The notes beneath the pieces were generated by a model. That model was given only the letters and a program-made list of their open reading frames with translations. It was not told the DNA's origin and ran no database searches. Position numbers and translations under genes: made by a program. From a virus: DNA of 64,000 nucleotides. The stretch lies in the IMG/VR virus record IMGVR_UViG_3300032524_000070, one strand, 5' to 3'. Below are positions 36,501 through 44,923 of this stretch, piece after piece (position 1 is the first letter of the stretch; each line of letters begins with the position of its first letter).

Positions 36501-39500
36501 CTGTCCGAAGGGTCGTACTTCGTCGATTCCATCACGGATGGGACCCACGTGGAGGTCTCTCCACCCTTCATCTCATCCTCGACTCGCCCGACCCCGTGGG
36601 AGGCGTTCGCAGGGTTCCCCGACAGCGTTTACGACCCGGCCATCGTCGCCGACCAGGTGTTCAAGCCCTTCGACCACCTGCCTGATGAGCCCTTCCGTGT
36701 CCGCGTGCTCTCGCCGCTTGGCATCATTGTGATTGCGGACTTCACGGCAATCGTGGAGGACGCGAACACCAGTGGCCGTCCCGTCAGCCTCCGGTTCGGT
36801 GCTGTAGCTGCTGGTCCTGGTCTGACGGCCACGCTCTCGCCTTTGACGTTGACCACGCTGGGGGTGTTGGCGAACAACCTGCTGGTGCTCCCCAAGACGA
36901 CGCACGTTGCCGAGGCGGCCTTCAGCATCCGGGTGGGCACCGTCCTGTACGAGCAGGCCGCCGGGCTGCTGCCCGTGGCGAGCTTCACGGCTGACCCGGT
37001 GGCGGTGGAGTACCTGACGGCTGATTGGGACGACGGCACGGTGGTTCACCCCGCTGGCGAGCTGAAGTTCAACTCGGTGTTGCTGGTATCGCTGGAGTCC
37101 AGTGCGGTGGTGCTGGTCGAGGAGCTGCGGGCGTCCGCCAACCTGACGGCGGGGACGGCTGAGTACGACGCGAAGACGGGGGCTATCCGCATCGCGGCAG
37201 CGGACGTGACGACCCACACCGGGGCGCAGCTCTACTTCACCGAGCAGATGATCACGCGGAAGCCGGGGGCCGACGTGGCGATCAGCCCGATGGTCGGTGC
37301 GGTATCGTTCCGCAAGCCCATCAACAAGGGCAGCCTCGTCGAGATCGAATACTGGCTGGCCGACTCCGAGGGGCGTCGCGTCGGCACCCCGGCGGATAGG
37401 ACCATCGAGTTCTTGCCTGTCTTCGTCCGCCGGGAGGCAGCGGTCAGGCTCACCGACCACGAGTTCAACCTCGACCCGCTCGGCGAGCACGCCATCGACA
37501 CCCGCATCAAGCCGGTGGTCTACCTGGGGCCGAAGCAGCAGAACTTCGGCAAGGTGGACTTCACGGTGGACGCCCCGGCCAACCTGCTGGGGCAGCGGCT
37601 CTCGTTCAACCGGGACCTGGCGACGTGGATCGTCCCCGAGGTCAGCTACGCCGTGTTCGACGCACTGGGCGGCGAGCGTGCCTTCCAGACATCGCAGAAG
37701 CCGGTCTATCGACCCCCCTTCTTCATCAAGGCGGGGATGGACAACTTCGGGCTCCGGGGCAACCGGGCAGCGGACTTCGAGGTCGGTCAGATGCTCCGCA
37801 TCGGGCCGGAGTGCTTCTACATCACGAAGATCCGCTACTTCGCTGACCCGGACACGACTCGGTTCGACATCTACCCCTCCACCGTGGGCGAGGTCGGCTC
37901 TCGTTCGCCCGGCAACGATGTCCTGACGCTGGTGACGGCTGGCCCCATCACCCCGACGCTCGATCCTGATGGGCTTGCCCCGATTGCTACAGCAGCCCCG
38001 GCGGGGTTCATGCAGGAGATCGTGCTCACGGACTTCCCGTTCGAGCCGGTCAACGCGAAGCAGAACAGCATCACGTTCATGGGTGACCTCACGGCCTTTG
38101 CCGTGCCCGGTCACATCATGGAGATCGCTGGGCTCCCCTTCACCATCGCCTCTGTGTCGTTGAGCGATGACGGCACCCGCACGAAGCTCATCTTCACCAG
38201 CCCCTTCCGGCTGGCCATCGACCCCACGGGCGGCCCCACGGTCAGGCTCTCCTACCGGCCGGTCTACCCCCCGGAGGTACGCCAGCTCGTCGGGGTCGGT
38301 CCCTACGTGGCCTCTGAGGGGGTCGAGCTGACGCTGTTCGGGGAGTTCATCGAGGGAGTCGAGCAGCCGGGCCGTCAGCTCGCAGAGGGCACGGAGTTCG
38401 AGATCGACCCGGAGACGGGTGCAGTCCAGTTGCTTGCCCCGCTGCAAGAACCTCTGGGGCCGAAGCAGAAGCTCCTGCTCTCGTTCACGAAGATTCGGGT
38501 CATGGAGCCCTTCTACTCGGGCGGCCAGGTGCAGTTCCCCCGGTGGGCCGCTCAGTACAAGCACGCGGTCTTGCCGAATGAGGACAACGGCTACTTGGGC
38601 GGCACGCTGACGGCCCGGTACACCTTTGACAACCCCGACTCCTTCTACTTCCGGGCGCTCCCGCTCCGTAGCTACCTCGGCGAGGCGGTCACACAGGCGG
38701 TCGCCGAGATGCAGCAGGGGCAGGCCTCTGGTGGCCCACGGTTGTCGTCCCCCGCAGGGACCAACAACTGGCAGCAGGGCAACGTCGGCCTGGCGTCCCA
38801 GCGGCGGGACTTGCTCGACAAGGACCGGGCGGCCCGCAGCCTCTTGACCTTCTACAACAACGCCGTCGTGGCCTTCGAGCAGGTCGAAGAGGCCATCACC
38901 GGCAAGTTCATCGGTGACCGGGACGGCAAGTTCCGCTTCTGGATCGGTCGGGGTGAGGAGTACGCCCCGCCGGGCTACGAGGACGACTACACGGGCGAGC
39001 TGAACCCCTCAATCGTGTGGAGCAGCGTCTTCAACGCGACTGACATCACGCGGGACATCCAGTTCCTCGTCACCGATCCCCTGGTGCGACCGACTCTCTG
39101 CACGATGGTCGATCTCCAGTTGTTCGGGGAGCCCCTCGGGGCCTCTCAGCTCCGCGACTTGATGGATCAGCAGCGTGCGCTCATCCGCAACGACGTGGAC
39201 GACGTGGTGCTGCTGGCGTCATCGACCCCCCGCATCATCACGACCAACGCACCTCCGTACTTCACGGTGGAGTCGGACGGGACGTTCGCCAAGATGGGCT
39301 CGGCCCACAGGTACTCCCGGCTGTTCCCGACCACGACGGAGGTGTTCTTCACCCTCCTGCCGGGCATCGAGGCCGACGTGGCGGGTGCTGGTGACGTGGG
39401 CTCCTACGCCTGGAACCGCATCACGACGACGGGGACAACGGAGTCCACCTACCGGGCTCCCATCGGCCAGGTCGGCAACCCCGTCATGGGGGCCATCGGC

Positions 39501-42500
39501 AACATCTCCGAGAAGGTCCTTCAGATGCGGCTCCCGCGAGCCCGCATCCTGAGCTACCACCCGGAGGGCCTGGACAGCTCAGCCTTTGGCATGGCCGTCC
39601 CGCTGCCCTGCTTGGTCATCTCGGCCGTCCCGCTGGCGGACCTGCCGATGGACCCCGCGACGGGCTTCCCCGACGTGAGCCGATTCTTGTCACAGAACGT
39701 GACAGGTGACACGGCGGACGCCGTGGCAGGCGACCCGATGTTCGCGCTTCCGGGCTTCGAGGCCGGTCAGAGGGTCGGCTGGGGTAAGCCGGACGGTCGG
39801 CTCCTGGCTGCTCTGTTCCCGGAGGAGGTCGATGTCTTCGGGTCGAAGACGTACACGGGGCTCTTCGTCAACCAGGTGCTCTACGGCTGCGTGCTGACCT
39901 TCAGGGACCGCCAGGGCAACGCCATCAGCGACCCGAACCAGATCCTCGTGGGCACCTCGCCGACGAGCGGCCTCGCTGCACACATCTTCGGCCTCATCGA
40001 GTCCGACACCATCTACGTCCTCCCGCCGGACACGGCCAACCCCATCAGCGACCCGGCCACTGAGTCGCCGACCATGGCGAACCAGCAGCAGGCAGCCCTG
40101 CTCTCTCCGGCCTTCCGGCAGGGCTTCGACCTGGCGGTGGACACCAGCGGCCAGATCAAGGATCTGTCGCTCCCGTCCTGGGGCGACCCCTCCCTGTTCC
40201 CGGTCAAGGAGCTGCTGGGGCAGAAGACGCCGGAGCCGATGAGTCACCTTGAAGGGGTGGTGGACTTCGCCAACGTGGACCAGCTCCCGCTGCGAACGCC
40301 TGCGCTGCTAGGCAACCCGCAGGACGACGCGGGCGACTACGCCATCCCCTACATGAAGGGCACGAACACGGAGCTGGCCCGGTTCGAGCAGGTCACCAAC
40401 GTCATCGGCCCGCTGATGGCTGCCGATGCTGTGGACGGGGGCTACTTCCCCGATGAGATCCTGTTCGTGGACGGTGAGGTCCCGGCAGCCCCGGTGCTCA
40501 TCGCCGGGCTCAACTACCGCGAACCCGCTGCTCTGATGACGCCGACGAAGACCGACCCTGCTGCAACGCTGGGTGTGGCTCCGGGCCGTGAGGGTGACTT
40601 CCTGCTGGTGGAGGTGAACGCAGGGGCTCCGCAGGGCTACCAGGGCATCCTGACGGTGGGTGCCCTGCGGAACGTGAACACGGGTGGGGCCGACTGGTCG
40701 TGGATCGAGCCGCCACGCTTCGTCACGCAGGTCAACCAGGGCTCATCCATCCGGTACCTCCTGGCCCTCTACGCCGTCCACACGACGCCGGGGAACTACC
40801 CGTTGGACCCGCAGGTCACCGACCCGCCGGGCGTCCGGCTCTTCGAGGACGTAGCGGGCAACCGCACCATCCTCTCGTTCCAGGACGTGGTGTTCGGTCT
40901 CAACGACGGCAACGCCATCAACACGGGGAACCTCAACACCATCCTTGCTGCTGATGTGGACAACGTGGTCGAGGTCCAGGTCTTCTCCCGCCCCGATGAC
41001 ACAGCCGTCGATGGCCCTGCTGGTCTGGGCACCTACACGAACGTCCAGAAGGACGGGCGCGACATCATCCGGGTCTTCCTCCGGTCGGGCTTCGGTCGGG
41101 TCATTGACTACCTCGGCAACGACACCGGCTGGATCGCCCATACCGGCGTGACCATCGGCGGCTTCGACGCCCTCGGTGGTGAGCCTGCTCCGGGCACCGT
41201 GGCAGACAACCGGCACATCATCATCAACGGCTGGGCCAGCCTGCCCCTGACGGCTGGAGTAGGACAGGAGGCCGACTGGTTCCTGCCCTACGACCTGATC
41301 GACCCCGGTGGTCCGAACGAGCGGAAGATCAGCAAGTACGGCTTCGAGTTCGGCGTGTCCATCAACACCCTCGGGACAGGGGAAAGCACCTCTGCCTACA
41401 TCGACGCTGACCGCCTGACCTTCCACGAGGTCGTGGACTTCCGTCTGGCTCGCCCACGGGGCTTCGCGCTGACCAATCCGAACGGTTCCCAGGTCTACGA
41501 GACGGCCATCAGGGTCGGGGAAATCACTCTGGGCGGGGCGGCCTTCTCCACGATCAACGACGTGGAGGGTACGACCATCACCATCAGGAGCCGGGACGGC
41601 TCCACGACGAGCATCGAGGGCACCTGGAACCCTGCGGCCTCCCCAGCCGAAGAGGGCTCCATCCGGGTCATGGGCTTCGAGTACAACAGCGTGGCGATCA
41701 CGGCCTCCGACGTGACGGCCTCGGTGGTGGCCTCGCAGACCACCGACCCTTCCGGTTCGGACATCCTGGTCGGTGACGGTTGGGCAGAGGCGGACCGGAT
41801 CGACAGCATCGTGGCTACGTCCGGCGACATGGACAACGTCCAGAAGGGCGATGCGGTCTACATCGACCGTTCGGCCACGGCCCTCCCGGATGCCGCGACG
41901 GCAAAGGCGGGGACGTACATCACCCGGTACGTCATCAAGCCGACTGCCGGGCCGAACTTGTACCTCCCGGTGACCAAGAGCAGCTACGCAGGCACGGGCA
42001 ACGGCTTCATCACCACGCGGTTCCCTCGTGTCCTGTCCCTGGACGTGCTCCTTCAGCGGTTGGAGATCGACGACCACCTGATGCTCCCGGCCACGGGCAA
42101 GCTCTTCATCGCCATTCGTCCTGCCGACCTCAACAGTGCGGTGGCCGGGACCTTCCAGAAGGCTCTCTTCAGCGTGGACTGGACGGCCTTCGACCTCGGT
42201 GGTCCGAACCCGAAGCTCGTCCTAGGGGCCTTCGACACCTGGCGGTGGGCTGACGACACCCCGATTGGGGCGAGTCTCGCGGCCATTGCCTTGCTGATCT
42301 CCACCGCCGATGTGGCCAGCCGCCAGATGTCCTGGCACGACAACCCTGTGGCGGGGCCTGGAGCTTCCGCATCCGGGTCAATGCAGGTGAACATCAGCGT
42401 CCGGGGCGGGGACCTCCCGGACGATTCTTCCGTCGTCGGCCACCACAACATCGGTGGTGGTGCGACGGATGCTGCCTACGGCTTCCACGGCATCACCTAC

Positions 42501-44687
42501 GAGACGATCTACGGCCCCTCCCTGGTGCTGGTGGGCAACATGATCGCTGGTGGGGCTCCCGCAGCCGGAGAGATTGGTGTGAGTCCCGGGACGCCCCACG
42601 CCAACGAGACCTTCGACCCCACCAACTCGGTGCCGGTCTACTCCAATGTCCCCCGGAACCTGCACTTCCGCGTCAATGACGTGCAGGGTCAAGCCATCAA
42701 CGACCCACAGCTTCACCTGCCGCCGGGCAACTTCGGTGTCTCTTGCCTCCTGCCGGGGACTGAGATCCGCACCGAAGACGGTAACCCGGCCTTCTTCGCA
42801 CTCGGCGGGGTGTTCCTGGAGCCATCACTCCCGAAGTACCCGCCCGACCTCAACCCGGCCACAGGGCCGAACGTGGTGGATGCCACTCGGTCGATGGGTG
42901 TGAACACGGTCGGGATGGTGGCTGCGGGGACTGCTGAGCAGGTTCACTTCGAGGTCCGGCGAGTTCGACGGTGGCACGGGCAGCAGAACGCCATCAACGA
43001 CGCCTTCCAGCCCTTGCAGTACGCCTACGAGATCCGCCGGGGCATCATCACGGGGTACACCCGGAACGAGCAGCAGGTCGGCACAGTGACGGCCCTCGAC
43101 TTCCAGATGAACTGGGCCGTGGCGAACCCAGCCTTGTCTCGCGTCGCCGACGTATGGAATGACGATGATGGGGTGCTCCACAGCGGCACGAACCTCGGGC
43201 CGTTCAACTCCGAGGACGTGAACATCAACCCCGGCGACACCTTCCGCCTGCTCGACGACGACGGTGTGGTGCTGGAAGAGGCTGTCGTAGGCGAGGTGGT
43301 GTCCGGTTCTGCCTTGAAGCTCCGGGCTCCGGGCTTCTCCACTCAGGCGGCAGCCAGCGTGGTCGGTCGTCGCTTCGAGGTCTGGCTCCGTCAGGCCCCG
43401 GTCCCGCATGAGCAGAGCAACGAGCAGCTCCTCGAACTCATCACCGACTCCGTGGTCCACGTCACGGCGGCTGACCACAGTGACGCCGACCCGCAGAACT
43501 GGGTGGGCGGCTACGTCCCGGAGACGGCTGGTGGCAGTGCGTGGGCCGACGTGAGCAACAAGCTGCTCGACGACTCAGCGGGTGGCGTGGACTTCACGGC
43601 TCTGGGCGTCCGGGCGGACGACATCGTGATCATCGACCCGATGGGCACCCTGCCGGTTGTGGACGAGCGGGGTGCCCGTCCGCTGGGTGACCGAAGCGTC
43701 CCGACCCGCACGCCAGCGGGTGCGTTCGATGCAGGTCCGGCATCCAGCCTGGACGACAACCGGGGCTTCTACCGGGTGGGCACGGTAGAAGCCGGGGAAC
43801 TCGGCATCGACCCCATCCACCTGTTCGCGGGGACGCTGGGTGGCGACGTGCTGATGGCGGCGGCCCGAACGAATCTCGTGTACGCCATCTACCCGACCGT
43901 CAGCAGCTCGGTGCTCTCGACGGATGGTGCCGAGGGTCAGAACGACTTGCGGCCGACCCGCAAGGCTGTGGGTGGGACCTTCACCAGTGGGGTGCCCGTC
44001 GAGGACAAGCACTCGATGAGGCCCTTCAGCTACCGCATCATCCGGCCCAGCTCGCTCTTCAGCACGGAGGTCGTAGACACGGTGCTGATGCTGCGGGAGC
44101 GGATGCTCTCGCTCATCGAGCTGTTCCGCAGCGCGACCAAGGGGACCAAGGGCGGCTTCTACTGGACGTGGCAGAACGCGGATCACGTCGAAGACCTTGG
44201 TGACCCGGCGGACCCGGACTCCGGGCGGGGGCTCTTCCCGAACCGCCTGGTCACGACCATCGTGGGCGAGACCAGCCGCTCGCCGTTCGTGAACACCAAC
44301 GACTGCCTGTCCATCCTGGATCGTCGCTTCTGGATTCACGACACGAAGCTGGACCTCCGCGAGCCCGACCCGAACAACCCGTTCGGGATGCGCGAGGCGA
44401 CGGGCGGGGTGCCCTTCGACGGCGTGGGCGGCCCCTACACGGCCTATACGGACGTGACAGTGGGTGGGTCAGAGGTCAGGCCGGTGTTGACCGACCACAT
44501 CAACCTGGTGCTCGACGTGCGAGATCGACTCCGGGACATCCGATACACCTGGCTGGCCTACCGGACGCACAGGTACATCGGGACGCTGGCTCGAATCGCA
44601 GCCTTCGACGCGGCCTTGCCGTCGAGGTTGGAGGAACGCGAACGGGCGATGCTGCTGGAGAGCACGGCCGGAGAGGTGACGGAATGA
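33558..44687 (+). CDS. Giant baseplate-associated structural protein (3709 aa)
   Basis: Uninterrupted ORF with strong codon bias, translationally coupled on both sides. Beta-rich, with modules shared with the sheath. Function not assignable. Confidence 0.8.
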   Translation: MGIEFTGHVLRAPRVAPGNSTTSSPPANGVVRDVRVPPARTTTAPLIVDFAGDQYRAAVLEGPGTSPHEYLVWTAVSSQLALVDDASWWMADGTGSIPAGVTFKVIVTDDGGRAIGRVTHLVISRGDVAHVDEGWVDVNNPAAGRLGSLPYYVVVPAVVDQNPVSGVVTLTDDNVFTATGAALVPSTLAALFGGGLSIERGDVVQGVRYTLSAARFWWTRNDRYETRFGWNGRLQRWMPYKGSAPVNLGRLLFDESYRISPPLSNLPVGSVLPGNALVGDQYAMLRLGSSAGALSLPVGVSDPDGFEGVQVVADADVATDYDFSGSARAAVVGQTTGILQFNPLFIEEHAGKVIWYVYRSFAAASTGIVGTLIAPDDLFLAPVPGPTDYPFIRINNRTPLTVTLAVDEAALAALTFGEGSCGVALTTGRLKLSQTDIDKADPEKLATFDKHFLGASIVYDGVALNATPQPTKGPRPLVQLDGVTTTVHPVEPMYLPAALPWPEDAAGGLYAGLGLSGVMHMPDKTGAVPDPEGVNPAIVVVPVRPGGDALPPPGGGVPPQTIGLIRQIEDGVGDTILFSKAGAIEELIVVDRNSELPNFPFDVPGGVAYIAREATTVAGAPHSAVQLGSETRTAFAGQDVYFLQASLNPSTYTETAALYSKSRIVFRFDGTEVLYFASDGTGHDWHASSLPAQDFYTAGEVAASIQARITAQAGTAVCRAAGDRVVLEAADPDVGWIEIGWGFPKDLSGAAALGFLPGWRALGGQPNWLTDAGVSMGLSRSLLNLDRSKPDADYLAQYRLSDVVVASSVQGSPFVFFDFPPVEDVAGFDEGVFFNLQTMALNGDDIRIVDKRLGHYAEIEHRFAEGKFSWLDSATSSNPVIQRTSSVNLGHSAVVPETLLGAPGIGGGFMAAEDAGQYVVQRQGVDYLITDDGLSGTTQLITRYGARVDFGARGTYALGGTTFEDPDANFLAAMQPGTRLKLSEGSYFVDSITDGTHVEVSPPFISSSTRPTPWEAFAGFPDSVYDPAIVADQVFKPFDHLPDEPFRVRVLSPLGIIVIADFTAIVEDANTSGRPVSLRFGAVAAGPGLTATLSPLTLTTLGVLANNLLVLPKTTHVAEAAFSIRVGTVLYEQAAGLLPVASFTADPVAVEYLTADWDDGTVVHPAGELKFNSVLLVSLESSAVVLVEELRASANLTAGTAEYDAKTGAIRIAAADVTTHTGAQLYFTEQMITRKPGADVAISPMVGAVSFRKPINKGSLVEIEYWLADSEGRRVGTPADRTIEFLPVFVRREAAVRLTDHEFNLDPLGEHAIDTRIKPVVYLGPKQQNFGKVDFTVDAPANLLGQRLSFNRDLATWIVPEVSYAVFDALGGERAFQTSQKPVYRPPFFIKAGMDNFGLRGNRAADFEVGQMLRIGPECFYITKIRYFADPDTTRFDIYPSTVGEVGSRSPGNDVLTLVTAGPITPTLDPDGLAPIATAAPAGFMQEIVLTDFPFEPVNAKQNSITFMGDLTAFAVPGHIMEIAGLPFTIASVSLSDDGTRTKLIFTSPFRLAIDPTGGPTVRLSYRPVYPPEVRQLVGVGPYVASEGVELTLFGEFIEGVEQPGRQLAEGTEFEIDPETGAVQLLAPLQEPLGPKQKLLLSFTKIRVMEPFYSGGQVQFPRWAAQYKHAVLPNEDNGYLGGTLTARYTFDNPDSFYFRALPLRSYLGEAVTQAVAEMQQGQASGGPRLSSPAGTNNWQQGNVGLASQRRDLLDKDRAARSLLTFYNNAVVAFEQVEEAITGKFIGDRDGKFRFWIGRGEEYAPPGYEDDYTGELNPSIVWSSVFNATDITRDIQFLVTDPLVRPTLCTMVDLQLFGEPLGASQLRDLMDQQRALIRNDVDDVVLLASSTPRIITTNAPPYFTVESDGTFAKMGSAHRYSRLFPTTTEVFFTLLPGIEADVAGAGDVGSYAWNRITTTGTTESTYRAPIGQVGNPVMGAIGNISEKVLQMRLPRARILSYHPEGLDSSAFGMAVPLPCLVISAVPLADLPMDPATGFPDVSRFLSQNVTGDTADAVAGDPMFALPGFEAGQRVGWGKPDGRLLAALFPEEVDVFGSKTYTGLFVNQVLYGCVLTFRDRQGNAISDPNQILVGTSPTSGLAAHIFGLIESDTIYVLPPDTANPISDPATESPTMANQQQAALLSPAFRQGFDLAVDTSGQIKDLSLPSWGDPSLFPVKELLGQKTPEPMSHLEGVVDFANVDQLPLRTPALLGNPQDDAGDYAIPYMKGTNTELARFEQVTNVIGPLMAADAVDGGYFPDEILFVDGEVPAAPVLIAGLNYREPAALMTPTKTDPAATLGVAPGREGDFLLVEVNAGAPQGYQGILTVGALRNVNTGGADWSWIEPPRFVTQVNQGSSIRYLLALYAVHTTPGNYPLDPQVTDPPGVRLFEDVAGNRTILSFQDVVFGLNDGNAINTGNLNTILAADVDNVVEVQVFSRPDDTAVDGPAGLGTYTNVQKDGRDIIRVFLRSGFGRVIDYLGNDTGWIAHTGVTIGGFDALGGEPAPGTVADNRHIIINGWASLPLTAGVGQEADWFLPYDLIDPGGPNERKISKYGFEFGVSINTLGTGESTSAYIDADRLTFHEVVDFRLARPRGFALTNPNGSQVYETAIRVGEITLGGAAFSTINDVEGTTITIRSRDGSTTSIEGTWNPAASPAEEGSIRVMGFEYNSVAITASDVTASVVASQTTDPSGSDILVGDGWAEADRIDSIVATSGDMDNVQKGDAVYIDRSATALPDAATAKAGTYITRYVIKPTAGPNLYLPVTKSSYAGTGNGFITTRFPRVLSLDVLLQRLEIDDHLMLPATGKLFIAIRPADLNSAVAGTFQKALFSVDWTAFDLGGPNPKLVLGAFDTWRWADDTPIGASLAAIALLISTADVASRQMSWHDNPVAGPGASASGSMQVNISVRGGDLPDDSSVVGHHNIGGGATDAAYGFHGITYETIYGPSLVLVGNMIAGGAPAAGEIGVSPGTPHANETFDPTNSVPVYSNVPRNLHFRVNDVQGQAINDPQLHLPPGNFGVSCLLPGTEIRTEDGNPAFFALGGVFLEPSLPKYPPDLNPATGPNVVDATRSMGVNTVGMVAAGTAEQVHFEVRRVRRWHGQQNAINDAFQPLQYAYEIRRGIITGYTRNEQQVGTVTALDFQMNWAVANPALSRVADVWNDDDGVLHSGTNLGPFNSEDVNINPGDTFRLLDDDGVVLEEAVVGEVVSGSALKLRAPGFSTQAAASVVGRRFEVWLRQAPVPHEQSNEQLLELITDSVVHVTAADHSDADPQNWVGGYVPETAGGSAWADVSNKLLDDSAGGVDFTALGVRADDIVIIDPMGTLPVVDERGARPLGDRSVPTRTPAGAFDAGPASSLDDNRGFYRVGTVEAGELGIDPIHLFAGTLGGDVLMAAARTNLVYAIYPTVSSSVLSTDGAEGQNDLRPTRKAVGGTFTSGVPVEDKHSMRPFSYRIIRPSSLFSTEVVDTVLMLRERMLSLIELFRSATKGTKGGFYWTWQNADHVEDLGDPADPDSGRGLFPNRLVTTIVGETSRSPFVNTNDCLSILDRRFWIHDTKLDLREPDPNNPFGMREATGGVPFDGVGGPYTAYTDVTVGGSEVRPVLTDHINLVLDVRDRLRDIRYTWLAYRTHRYIGTLARIAAFDAALPSRLEERERAMLLESTAGEVTE

Positions 44688-44923
44688 GCGAAGGGCTGAC
44701 CGAGGAGCAGGTGACCGAGCGACTCAAGGCAGCGGGCATTGACCCGAGCGCCTGGGGTGCGATGGGCGGCCACGGCCCGCAGACGCCGAAGTTCGCTCTC
44801 AGTTTGGCGGCGGATCTCCAGAAGGTCACGGCTCTCCTTCAGGGCGTAGTGAACGAGAAGCAGGGCAAGGTGCGGTCGTTGGAAGAGCAGCTCGCCCGGT
44901 TGCGCTACGGCGGGGGTAGCTGA
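44684..44923 (+). CDS. Small coiled-coil protein (79 aa)
   Basis: ATGA overlap upstream and TGATG overlap downstream. Confidence 0.75.
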   Translation: MSEGLTEEQVTERLKAAGIDPSAWGAMGGHGPQTPKFALSLAADLQKVTALLQGVVNEKQGKVRSLEEQLARLRYGGGS